Source: Phoronis australis
Lineage: Eukaryota; Animalia; Phoronida
Direction: 5' to 3'
Assembly: GCA_002633005.1 (NCBI GenBank)
Contig: NMRA01000032.1
Span: 1,338,940-1,401,849, forward strand
Length of the DNA: 62,910 bases
The notes below the pieces were generated by a model. The model saw only the letters and a program-made list of their open reading frames with translations, did not search any database and was not told where the DNA came from. The position numbers and the translations under genes were made by a program. Numbering within the stretch: position 1 is the stretch's first letter; every line of letters starts with the position of its first letter. This document shows positions 42,801 to 55,088 of this stretch, in pieces.

Positions 42801-43629
42801 AAGCATGCATTCTCCTACACTTCTTAAAGAGACATCATCAGTCTTGCGGTCGAAAAATGGATTTACAGGATTATGATTGGATGGGCTAGACTTTTTGAAA
42901 TTATTAGCTTTGGCCATAGCTATAACAATGAAAGTTGTATTTTTGTGATTTTATTATCACTATTATTATTGTTGCTATTCGAAAAAAATAACCAGCTGTA
43001 AGGACATTGCAAACCCAGAAATTACTTCCCATCTGACTTGAAGCAACAGGTTGACCCTATTTCATTGTGGTCTAAATAATCTTAATAAACTGCTAAATTC
43101 ATATATCCACTGAAGTTGCGCTCCATTAATTTTAGCGCTACGTAGGACAATAGAAAAACGTACAGAATTGGTTTACTTTGGAACACCATATCTCAGAAAC
43201 GCCTGACCTTATAAATATGAAACTTTCATAGAGTACGATTTATGCACTATTCTCCACAACGTTGTTAGGAATTATTTTTGAGAAGATCCACATTTGCATA
43301 AGGGGATACAAAACAGGTCTTATACTTTTCATGAAAAAAGTTAAAGTTGCATTAATAGAAAACGAAATATTTTGAAAAACTGTAACAGCGTTTTTGAGAT
43401 CTTACAGTGAGCATTTACATCAAATATAACTTGATCATATTATTGATTCTGTTATTTGCTATCAATGCACCTTATTTCCCTATATTTCCTAAAAGACATG
43501 TTCACATGACCCAATTAATGAAATATTGCTAAAAAGCCGAAAATAAAAAATTCTACAGATTTTATACTTTCGCAAAATTTATAGTTTTACCGAGTTAAAA
43601 GATACAGTTTTGTAGACATTTGACTAAAT

Positions 43630-43825
43630 AGACCTTATTCATGCAGTCGCCATTTTAGTAGTGAGCCTCTTTTTAGGTTTAAAAAAAACAATGCATTTGA
43701 GACATAAATATAACAAGGTGCGCAAAAAAAAATTGCTTTACAGTGTGGTTAAGCGCGGAACGCATTGTTTTTAAAACCTAAAAAGAGGCTCACTTTCCGA
43801 AATGACGACTGTGAGAATGAGGTGT
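43630..43825. mobile_element. ~196-bp palindromic MITE inserted into an older repeat; possible AT TSD
   Basis: ~65-bp inverted arms (agtgagcctcttttaggttt...aacaatgc / gcattgttt...aaacctaaaaagaggctcact). Excising it restores the host repeat end ctaaatacacag. Confidence 0.8.
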
Positions 43826-45017
43826 ATACACAGGTTTGTCAATAATGTCCTACACAGCTTAACAAGAAGCATCTATTTAAGCGACCTCCTTCAGTAACTT
43901 CAAAGCATGATCACTGGCTTCAAACAAAATTCAAGCACTGGCGCTTGACTTTGCCTTTCAATGCAGATTTAATGTAATAATAATTTCATTACCGTTTTAA
44001 CACAGATTTTGTCCACTAATCAATTGAAAGCTCATTTCAAGTTAATGTCCTAAGTTCCGATTCTGAACAAAATTGAGTTACAATTGATCACAAGACTCTG
44101 GTAAGAATAGACAGTTTACTGGAATTTATAGGGCAATGCAAACAGAGTGAGATAAAATTACTTCGCTACAGCAATGTGAAACAGCTTTGTTTGGATAATT
44201 AAGTCATGCATGCCAATCTAATGTCTAATAAACCAACTGAAGTTGCTTGAAGTTCTCAATAGTTTTCCAATGGGGGCCTAGAGACAAGAGGCTTCTGTAA
44301 AAATATTTGATTTATAGTAAGATCTCACAACTTTTGGACAAGAATAATTGATGAAATAAACAATTTTTAATTTTTCAAAGGCTAATAACTTTGTTGTGAA
44401 TGCCCAGTCCCTCAAAACACTGTCCAATGGTAGCTATGACATACATGCTACGACAGGTAAATCCTTTATTTTGTGCTATTAATCTGCTATGAAAACAAAG
44501 AAAAAAAACTTCACCATGTTATGTCTTACATTGATGCTCCCATATTTTTACAGAATAGCGCTTGTCTTGCTCCTTACTCAAATGAATAGTGATTTCTGTG
44601 CTCTGGAAGAATTCATCTGACAATCATTTCTAATTTCAGTAATGAACAGGTTGAAGCTAGTTTTATGATAGCGGTTTTGCTGGAAAATGGGTTCAGGGCC
44701 ACATCAAAACAAAGTGAAATTCAACGCAAGAAAACAGGAAGTCTTCATTGTTTGAACATGAAATATGCTTTTAGTGGTTCTGATAAAACTAAAACATTTT
44801 ATAACTTGTGAACTTGTGTCACCAAATATATTCCAAAAATGATTAGGGTTGACTGACAGAAGGAAATAACAGTCTCTAGACAGTTCACTTGACTCTTGCC
44901 ATGACCGTGGTTGCTTTTCCGGTACATTGCTGTACAGGTCAGAATAATACAGGAAGAAATTATTAGCATTGAACTATCTCACATCTGTAGGTCAATCAGG
45001 TTCAACATTTGGCAAAT

Positions 45018-45113
45018 GTCTCTTAACAGGGTCCCACATTTTGAGAACCAGCGTGATGCCCATTATTTAATAGAGAGAACTGGTTCTCAAAATGCGGGAC
45101 CCCTGTATGTGAC
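45018..45113. mobile_element. ~95-bp hairpin MITE, copy 3
   Basis: gggtcccacattttgagaaccag / ctggttctcaaaatgcgggaccc. Confidence 0.8.
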
Positions 45114-48100
45114 TATTACCCAAACTTTGGCACCATGCAGTCAAATGCATTTAGACAAAAATGGCAGGCAAAAGTATGGCAGGATGCAAGGCAAGGAACC
45201 AACAAATAGTAAGTCTAAATCCAAGAAATAACTTGCAGGTTCATGCTGTCACAATGCAAACATGCGTGAGAAATACCTCTTAGTACACTTAACATCAAAA
45301 AGACACATCAAGATGAAACGGTATAGGAAATAACTTTCTTTTGATAATTTCAAGAAAACACAGTCGTAACTTTAAACACATATAGTGTTAAATCAAATTC
45401 TGTCATGTTATTTTCTGAATTGCTTATTCGCGAAATAAACAATGCAACACCTTTAACTGAGCAGACAGTACTGAGAGAGCTCGCTATAAAAGTACACAGC
45501 ACTCAGGTACTCCAAATCCTGAGTTCAGTCACATAACATGCCCTAATACTAGTACTGTGTTATAAACTCCTCCACTGGAGAACAGGTGAGCCGAGGGAAT
45601 GTCATATCCATCATTTGGCAATGTTAAAGTTATGCGAGACTTTATCAATGAGTCTGTGAATTTTGTCAAATATCTAGAAAAACCATAGAATTTAACTTTA
45701 TTGGTAAAAGTACACATTTTTTGAAAGTAGAATATCTGGAATTTGATTTTTGACTCGATACCGATCTAACCTTTGATTGGGTCACGTGACCAGCTTGTTT
45801 TAGAAACATTTATGAAAAAATTAAAGGTGCATTCATTACGCAATTGAGGGAAAGGTGCCTGTGTCTTCCAATAGAAGAATTTTTCGAATAAGGGAAAAAT
45901 ACCCAGTCCGTCACAACCAATTTCACCCCCACCAATTCCACCTAAAACAACGGTATCAATGACACGACCAAATTTCTTTTGACATATCTGTTCAAGATGA
46001 AATTCTAAAAAGTGATACGGATTTCTTAATTATCCTACTGTTTTTGTTTTACTTTCATTTTTTGTAATAGTCCTAAACTCCCAATGTCTAATATCTTCTC
46101 AAGCAAAAGTGAAAACAATTAAAAACAACTGGAAAACAACGCATAGTGCACTTTACCTGAGAGTTTCATTTGAATCCATTCAGCCACCTCTAAGATATGA
46201 CGTTCTAATTCAAGTATGTTTACTTCGATTTTTTTAGATAACTAAACAGGGCAGCTTTAAATATTTTAATACCAGGGCTTCCGTTAATAAATCTGTCGTG
46301 GTGTTTTCTTTGGCTGGATTAACTCACTTTAATGTTGATTCATAACTGGGCAATGTTGGAGATCAGAATGTTATATTACTAGCAAATCCTATTTCAGTTT
46401 CTTTCTGGAAACCAATATCAATATATTAACCTTGTTTTTTAGCAGAAAAGGCATTCTCATAATTATGCAATCCCACTATTAGCGAGGGAAAAAGAACAGC
46501 AAATGAAAATCTAATACAATCTGGGACTACTTTTGAAATCTAAAAAAGACTAGAATCTAGAGAGAAAAAATCATGAATGTTAAGAAAAACTAACAAAATT
46601 CACAGAAGCACTAGGTTAGACAAACAAAACAATCCAAATATTCTTCCAGCAATTTTGGTATCAAGGGACTACTACTGAGAAGAAAGTGTGCTAATGAAAT
46701 GCCAATTACGACATCAAAAACCTACTTCAACATTCTGTAATAGCTTCAGTGACAGGCACACTACGGACACATAACTTTTTAATTGCCTTTAACAAATAAC
46801 TGTATCAGAATGAATCAGTAAGGTGGTTCAAACAATAAACTCTTTTAACATTGCAGCGAGTAACTGGACGAACGCGACAATTTGAACTCATACGTAATGC
46901 AAGAACTGCCATTTTTCCAATGAAAATTACGTAACTAAAAACCTAAAATCATTATTTCCTGCTTTCTTATGTGCCTGGACTCGAGATTGCAAACACTTCA
47001 GCTGTTTTATCAGTAATGAACAATCAAAACATAATAGAAGAACTTCTCCGCTAAGATTTTAAACAAACACTCTGAACACGCTGTGGTTGCTAATCTCAAG
47101 TACGTGTCGACAGAGTCTGTCCATAATAATAGAGATGGCGGCGGCGATATGTCAAAAAGATTTCAAAACATCAATGCAGTGGAATTTCGAATTTTTAGTG
47201 TAAAAAAGAGACATCGTCGGCATGAAAAGTGATTTTCTGAGATCAACCTCAGCATGGGGTTGAACCTGTAACCCCTGCTGTCGCAGCCAAACCACCTCAG
47301 AGCTAGCGGAACTAAATCTCACTCGATAAACGGTGGAGCATTTCAAGTGTACTAAACTGGCGAAGTCACCAACCTTAAATTCAACGAATGTCGGCAGACG
47401 ATGGCGAGATTGACGCTTTGTCATGAAATTACAAAAACACAAATGATTGTTGTTTCATGGCTCTGGTCAAAGGAAATAGATTTAAGAAATCTTTACCATC
47501 CAATAGCGATGCCATTTTTGTGCTGTAAAACCCATAATATCCCTTTAAATTAATGAAACATATTCAAATTCAAGATTAAATGATATTTTTGTTTTGAAAC
47601 CACATTCTGACTCTTATGCTAAATCAGAACTCGATTTTAACTATCAATATCTAGCTATTGGCGAATCTAAATTATATACTACAAATGAACACGTGGATAA
47701 GGTCTTCTGACATATTTTTAATAAGTTACTCTTAAAAGGTTTTAGCCTTTAATTTCCAATGAATTCATCATCGAACCTAACCTATACATGTATATGTTCA
47801 GTAGTAAATTCTTAATAGTGTGATGTGGATGTTTTGAGTTTCTAACCAAGGATGGAAGACAGTTTAAAAATTTGGTAAACATGACAGCCACAGGATGATT
47901 GATTTACACTGTCCAGCTTCACAATTTCATAGACATGCCTTACATTTGAAACTTAAGGAGGGATGTTTAGGGGTCCTTTCAGTGGATTAAATAGATGTAC
48001 AGACAACGCATTCCGATAATTACAAGATTCTAACGACATTTTGGTAAAAATTTTGTTCAATAGAGGATGTTGTTGGATTATTGTTTTTCAAAGTTCTCTC

Positions 48101-48648
48101 TAGTAACTGGATTCAGAAGAAAATGGCCAAAATCTTAAAAAATTTAATTTCAAAGTGGCGATTACTGGAGTTACTAATAGAAATATTGTGTAATAAACTT
48201 GCTAATAAATATCCAAAAAGAAGCCTGGTGTAAGTAGACGTAATACATAAAATAACTGACATCAACAGTAAATCGGTTCCCTAAAGTCTCACCATTTTAC
48301 AACAACGATAATAAGGGTAACCAATCTGTCTCCTTAGACAACCATTGCCAATTCTTAGCAAACAGCGTTTTGTTCTCATTTCCTTTCTCATGCACTGCAG
48401 AACTTTTCATACAAATACATTCGTGGCACACAGCTTTGAATCAAAGATGTATAATGGTTTCATATAACGTGTGAGAAAGGAAAGAATTTGTAAAAAGCAG
48501 TTGTAATGCGTAAGGATTCAACGTGCATCTCATCTCGTCAGAAAAAATCAAAGAAGAAAGAAGGCTGTACACTATGAATGCTCATTCAGCTGGCGGAGAT
48601 GATTTGTTACCCTTATTATGTACATTTGAAAATTCAGAAAATACTTAC

Positions 48649-48746
48649 CCGAGACTTCGGATACGACTGCAACAAAAGCCACACAGGGCCGGTGAACAAC
48701 AAGAGAAGAGCGCACAGTTACAGGCGGCCATAGCGCGAGCAGCCAT
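48649..48746 (-). CDS. Candidate first exon encoding the Cys-rich peptide MAARAMAACNCALFSCCSPALCGFCCSRIRSL
   Basis: Strong Kozak context CCACCATGG, a GC/CpG-rich stretch and consensus donor GG|GTAAGT. No downstream exon confirmed. Confidence 0.35.
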
Positions 48747-49011
48747 GGTGGATTAGTAGACAACAATGCTTTTACAGAAACAGACAAACTTTAATGATTA
48801 GAACAGACCTAGATTTCAACAACATTAAAAGCACAATGACATATCAACTGCATATAGCGAGCACATCCTTTTGTTAAACTTCTGCACAGTTAACAGTTGG
48901 TCTTCATCCACTAGATGTCATTCACAATGCCGAAGCCAAGCCACATGGGTTGCAATAGTACAAGACGTTATTGTGAGCAGAATACCAGTATCTGTTCCCA
49001 GCAACAACAGT

Positions 49012-50241
49012 TTAAAGCATGGACTCTGTATGAGTATGTCCTGTACTGACACTGCTGTAACGGCTGTTACCATAGCGACTACTTTGAGTGTGCCAGGCCT
49101 TACCAATTTTCTTACACGGTCCTCTTTGTAGAAACGTCTTCTTGAAGGTTTTGCGGAACTTCTCGCCAAACGTGCAGAACAAAATGAAGTTGACAGCGGA
49201 GTTGGAATAGGCCAGAACGGCAGCGGTGTGCCACGCCAACACACCCGCGAGAGACACCAAAATGTCCGTTCCGTATACAGCGATTAAAATCATGAAGACC
49301 ATAGTTGGCGTGCTGCACAGGATAAACACAATCACGACACTGATCAAAACGACGGTCACGTTTACGTCAGTCGGTTGGTGTGACGACATCTGTTGACGAA
49401 ACATGTTAGAGCGACGGACTTCACGGATCAGAATGAATGTGAGAGCGCTCAACGTTAGGATGGGAATAATGTAAAACAGAACCGGATGTATGTACGCTTT
49501 AACAAATTTCATGTAGTTAGCGAGAAATAAGTTGACCTTCGGCTGATAGAAAGTTATATCACACTGCTCTGAGTAGGAAGAAATCACAGTCTGTGAGAGA
49601 AATGTTGGTATGTGGTAGATTACCGTACACAAGACAAGAATCGTACAAACTATCTTAGCTCTTTTCATCGTACACATGGTCGATGCCTTGAAAGTGTGAC
49701 ATACGTAAATATAACGCTCGACTGTGACAGCCACTGTGAGCAAAACACCGCAATCGCGGCATAGTTGTCCAAACGAAGCCACATACACAGAAGTAAAGGG
49801 CATAACGTAAAGAGTGTATCGAACAGAAATGCGAAGACCAATACCTAGTACTTCGTTAAAATAGGAGCTTAGAAGCACCACACAATCACACATCATCAAA
49901 ACAACTAAATAGGTTGACGTCGACGACTGCATATTACGACGACTTAAAACGACGATTGATAGAATATTCCCGATCAATCCTCCAATGCAAATTATATGTA
50001 ATAACACTCCGTACATTATGTAATAAAACTTGTGGATCAAATAAAAATCAGCCAGTGTCAGTGAAAAGTTGGAATTCAAAAAATCTTGCTTCAGGTAAGC
50101 TTCATAGTCGAAATTGTCCAGGTCGATACACTGCGGCTCCATATTGGTGTAGTTGAGGGCAGCAAGAGCAGAGCTTGTGACCGTCTCTGTTCTTCCCACC
50201 TCTACTCTCCAGTTACCTGTGCTGATTTCAGTTAAATCCAT
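49012..50241 (-). CDS. Intronless rhodopsin-class (class A) peptide GPCR, FMRFamide-receptor-like, 409 aa
   Basis: Seven hydrophobic segments: TM1 GLIGNILSIVVL followed by RRNMQSSTSTYL, TM2 Asp, TM3 VERYIYVCH, TM4 YHIP, TM5 IP, TM6 FILCSTP, TM7 NSAVNFILF and helix 8 KFR. N-terminal N-glycosylation sequons present. Confidence 0.95.
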   Translation of the reverse strand: MDLTEISTGNWRVEVGRTETVTSSALAALNYTNMEPQCIDLDNFDYEAYLKQDFLNSNFSLTLADFYLIHKFYYIMYGVLLHIICIGGLIGNILSIVVLSRRNMQSSTSTYLVVLMMCDCVVLLSSYFNEVLGIGLRISVRYTLYVMPFTSVYVASFGQLCRDCGVLLTVAVTVERYIYVCHTFKASTMCTMKRAKIVCTILVLCTVIYHIPTFLSQTVISSYSEQCDITFYQPKVNLFLANYMKFVKAYIHPVLFYIIPILTLSALTFILIREVRRSNMFRQQMSSHQPTDVNVTVVLISVVIVFILCSTPTMVFMILIAVYGTDILVSLAGVLAWHTAAVLAYSNSAVNFILFCTFGEKFRKTFKKTFLQRGPCKKIGKAWHTQSSRYGNSRYSSVSTGHTHTESML

Positions 50242-51634
50242 GTTTATATATTCGCGGAGTTTGTTTAATTAGACTAAAAAGCCTGGCCGATCTCCCATCT
50301 ATCAGTGAAAGTGCTTAAGTCGCTCAAATCCGTGTATTCCCCATGGCAATTAGCGCATTAGAAATCAAAACCACTCCACTGGTTGGTGGCAATGACTGTT
50401 GGATAATCTCTGCTAATCTGTCTCCAAAGCAGGTCTGTATGGCAGGACACAAGAAGTTCAGTTAATATTCTCCCAGAGTTCCCAACAGGGAGTCTCGCAC
50501 ATATCATGCAGATCAGTCCACTTTTCAACAAGGGGGGATGAAGTTTGAGACATATGGGCATTCTCAAACTACAATAACCTACAGCAAATTTTGGTGAATG
50601 CCTCACAAACTGAGTAAAAAGTGAGAGTTTTGAAAACCACCCTTGTGGTTTGCTGGTTAGCATGGTCAGCAAGTCAATATTTACACCTTGTGTTAAGACT
50701 AAGCTCAGATTGGATGGTAATCTGTTTGGGGCCAATCATCTTGGATTGTTTGCCAAGGAAAGTTCACACTGATGAGTTTTAATACTCGTCCCATGAGATC
50801 AGATTTCGTTAAAGTAATTTGCAGGGCTAAACAACAGGTCAAACAAGGATGAACATGATGCAAATCAAATAAGTTGCAAATTGATCTCTTTGTACTCAAC
50901 ATGTTTTTGTTTGAATGGACAAACATCTTCACAATAAACACAAACAAGTTGGTTGTACAGTTTACAAGAGGAATTTCAGGTCACTTTAGCACAACTAAAA
51001 ATGAAGACGCAAGTTGACCCCTTCAAAATGAACTCCAGCAACCAATAAATAGTGCAGGTTAAGTCTGATACACATGGGTGGGCTGTTCCGTCAGCTGGGG
51101 GCCATTGCACAAACACACATAATAACGAATAATAACATAAACATACAAATTAAGACCAAGCAGGCTCAAGTGTCTAGCAGAGGGGTCCATTGTGATTTGA
51201 ATGCACGACTTCGTCAGATGGGGTACTTAATTTTTCTTCTATAGAAGGAAACTGTGCAACGATAATCGTTATGTATTGTCTTTTCTGATTTTGCAAAAGT
51301 GCATTTGATATCCTATACAAAACATCACAGGTTTAATTAAGCAAATGAAATAACAACTGCTTTATAATGTGATCCAGTACACTGCCATTCAAAAATATTC
51401 CGTAATAGTGGACTTTTCGTATTGGCGCTCTCTATAGTGATAAGAGTACAAAAGCAACTTCCGCTCGATTCGGACTCAAGATTCTGTGGACTGAAATTCA
51501 ATTACCGTACTACAAAGTGGTTCATTAATCTAAAAACAAATTAAAAAATCGCACTCAGTTAGACCTCCCATTGTTTTATTAGGTAAAGTTCTCTAACTAA
51601 TATTAGATTTTTCCTATCCAGATTGCGAGTGAAA

Positions 51635-51760
51635 TTCAAACGGTGCGGATTCTTCTTCGCAGTGGGATATGTATGGAACATGATGTTCTTCATCCACGGA
51701 TATGTCAAAAGGTTTGCCTTCTGCCATTAGTACACCCAACTGCTCAACAATTGCTGGCAT
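51635..51760 (-). pseudogene. Degenerate THAP zinc-finger N-terminus (transposon relic)
   Basis: Across frameshifts and a stop it reads MP..C*AVGCTN...YPWMKNIMFHTYPTAKKNPHR, matching the THAP pattern M..C.V.GC.N...FH.FP...R. Confidence 0.5.
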
Positions 51761-54700
51761 TATGATACCAGAAAGATATTAAAAATTAAAAAGCTCTTTG
51801 TACCAGTAGGTTGAAATCTCCCACCCACATTACATGGGATCTGTAGGTGGTGCTGAATGCCTGTCTACCAAAGACCCGATCGCTTTCTGGCCAGATGGTG
51901 AATTTCAATGGGGCGCGGGTATTTTGAAATTCAGCTATTCCTTGGACTGAGCCATCCCAAGAAGAATGATAATTTTGCAAAGCCAGTTACGTTTCCCCTT
52001 CCTCTAAGTTTGTTGAGAAAAACCAATTCTCATGTTTAGCCCAATGTCATCTGTACGTTGGACTAGTAGTCAAATAAAATTAAAATGACAGAATTAAATA
52101 AGATGATAATAACAAGGACAGGTAATTACAGTGATTTACGTTGCAAGGTGCTTTAAGAAGTACCAGGGTATGGACCTGGTCCTCAACTTACTGAGGGGTC
52201 AATGGGTGCAACCATTTTTGTCACATGGTCAATCATCCAAACAAAAATCTGTATAAGTTACAAGTTCTCAAATGCCTCCTACAATTCCCAAAGAGGAAAA
52301 ATATTCTCGACAGGTGACATTATCAACAATTTGGCGTGACAGCATATTTATTACATTTTCCCACTTCGAGATGCATCATAAAGAGTGCTGAACACATCAC
52401 TAAACAATGCATATGTATGCAAGCTTAGTTTGACGACATTCATACATGAATGATCAACACTGAATAGCATTCACTCACTGTGAGCTTTTACACTCGCTTT
52501 TTTGATAGCTCTTGCGTAAGTAGTGAAAGTGCAATTAATTTCAATGGCTTCAATTTTTTGCAGGCTTTTCCCTGTTGGTTTGAGGCACTCCAAAACTGCT
52601 CGCGTTTTTGCAAGCCCTTATGCAGGCCGACCGCTTATTTCTGTCACAGTACACATTGTGCAGAGAAAGAATGCCTTTGTTACCATGGCGCCAACAAGCC
52701 TATTGCACAGAGTGAACTTGCTTTAACATATGGGGTCTCTTTCATGAAATTTAACCTGGACCTATGAAACCGGGGTAACCAGTAACCCTAATCAGAAATT
52801 TGTAGTAGATAGTGACAACAAGTGCCCTCTGTTGAAATTAAGTGAACCAAAACTTTAATGTGTTCTACAGCCTTGGAGAAGATGTGATGACATGAGAGGT
52901 GATTGAGTGTACACATCTCTCAGCTGTGCTTTTCATGTGATGTTTATGAAGAGTTCAAAACATTTACCACAGTACTGAAATTTTTAGCTTGCTGGGTGAT
53001 AACTTGAAAATGATGCATGGGGGGTCAACATAAAAACCCCCAGTTAACCTTTGAACAGAGTGAGTGAAAAACATCTCACTTAAAGGAGAAAGCAGCCAAC
53101 CTTTTTTCATGTCATTTTTAGCAAAAATACGACTCGTTCATTATTCCATACATATTTTTCAGTTAATTATGGCTTCCTGTAATTTAACTAATTAGTCATG
53201 CTCTATTCCGGAAGTGACATTTAGGGGTTTCCCGCCACTTTGTTTTCAAATAGTCTGACTCTGTAACCTATTGAAAAGTTCTTAAAAATCAAATTTTGTC
53301 AAAATTTGGAGTCGAGTGACTATCCGCCATTTTAGATTTACCATGAAGTCAGAAGTGTGATTCATTCAGGAACAACTGAACAACTAGGCTGTTTATTCGG
53401 TCTAAAAACTTGGACCAAAACAACAACATGCATTATATAAATAATTACAAAGTAAAACTGATATATAATAAGGATATTGGCAAAAACATTGAAAATAAAA
53501 TTTGAAAAACTAAGACGGACATAAGCCTCATTCAGCAGCGAAAGTGAACACTCCGGGTGAAGACCACCACCCATGACAAAATCTCTTGACCACCCAATCA
53601 TGTTTGTGAGGGCATATCTCCCTGTAAATGTGTTAAAACAATTCCGTTCGCAGTGTTCACAACTGCGAACACAAATGCGCTGAAAGAGTGAATGACAACA
53701 CACCTGCTGGAAGGGTGCACAAATGCAAAACCTGATTTAAAGTCATAAACACATCGTAAATGATGGCGACACCTTTTCAAACTGGTTTCTAACAGTTTGC
53801 AGATAGGGAAAAACATGCCACAAACGACATGAAAATGGCAACTAGGGACAGTGGTAGTTGGATCTGTCCTAAAGTTGTCATCCTTGGCCATCAGCTCAAA
53901 AGGAACACATTTGAATCTCCTCCAAGGGGGTTAAGGCGAAACAATAACACCCTTGGACAGAGATGATGGCAATATGTACCCACATCTGTATGTGTGGGTC
54001 ACGGAGAGCACTGATTTGCATATTTAAAGTATATAATCATGTGAAATTAAGACCACTAACTCCTTTACTACAACAAACAATTCAGCATTAATTCCAACTG
54101 AAAACCAAAAAAATTAAAGATGACACAAGATGTGGCTTTTGAACACGGCAGTAGTTAATGAATTTTGTTGAAAATCAACTAGCTTCATCGAGATTATGAA
54201 AAAAGCCAAAAAGAAAAATAATAAAATCCATTAAAGAGAAGCCCCCAAAAACTTTTGCTCCATAATTTTGACGAATGGGGTTTTCGCACACTAGATGATC
54301 ATCATTTCAGACTGACCTCTTAACTCAGGGTTGAGTCGATCGTCTACTGATGATGACCAGAAGTTGACACTGTGAGGACATGCGAAGGATTCTAATAAAC
54401 ACGATTAGCTGAATCACTAATGTCAACTATCCTTTGATTGTAGAGAACATTACAATTTATGACTTCAAGTGCAGCCAATTAAAACCAGCTCTAATTGTGC
54501 TAAAAAGAAATTTATGAGCGGGGGAGGAACAACAACGGAAATGACACAGACTGATTTATATTTTAGGTGGTATATTCAATTTTGATAATCAAAATTTGTC
54601 ATAGAAGGTGAACAATTTACTCACTTCCAATTTGAGACAAAAGCAGCTTTTCTCTGTGACATTTCCAATAATTTACACACTTTCACAGCCTAAAAATTCT

Positions 54701-54980
54701 TATTTATTGTTTACAAAGTAACGTAACCCCTAATTCATTTGAGTGAGTGATAAAAAATATTAAAACTACCAAAAGGAATAAAACAAAACAATAGGCTCGT
54801 CCTCGTCCTCGACTGAACTTACTCTGCAGCAGAGAAAGAAAAATACATTGCATGACTGACCTACTATTCAAAATGTCCAGCATTCCTGTGTTGATTAACA
54901 AGGTAAGCACATCTGGCATTGACAATTTCTTGTTGTAAGCATTGCAACACAATAATTAGGATCTGAGATAGTGACTCAGG

Positions 54981-55088
54981 TACATTTGCATGTGAAGAAA
55001 CAGGACCAGTGCTTGACACACGTGTTGCATTGTGGGTAAATACCTTAGAATGAGAATGGTGCTGTGTTATTTCAGGACGGGTTTATTG
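54981..55088. repeat. Second copy of the dispersed repeat at 16941-17048
   Basis: Ungapped similarity in the same orientation. Confidence 0.75.

Noticed and set aside
45529-45673. Possible phase-2 second exon for the Cys-rich exon at 48649
   Set aside because: The phase fits, but the peptide is unrecognisable and the acceptor is ordinary; insufficient evidence.
47133-47202. GATGGCGGCG start-like (YY1-type) motif on the + strand
   Set aside because: The ORF closes after 22 codons with no donor, and it lies in transposon-like sequence ending CCCTTTAA.
50770-50792. Hammerhead-ribozyme-like CTGATGAG...CTCG
   Set aside because: The required GAAA is absent and no stems I or III are evident.
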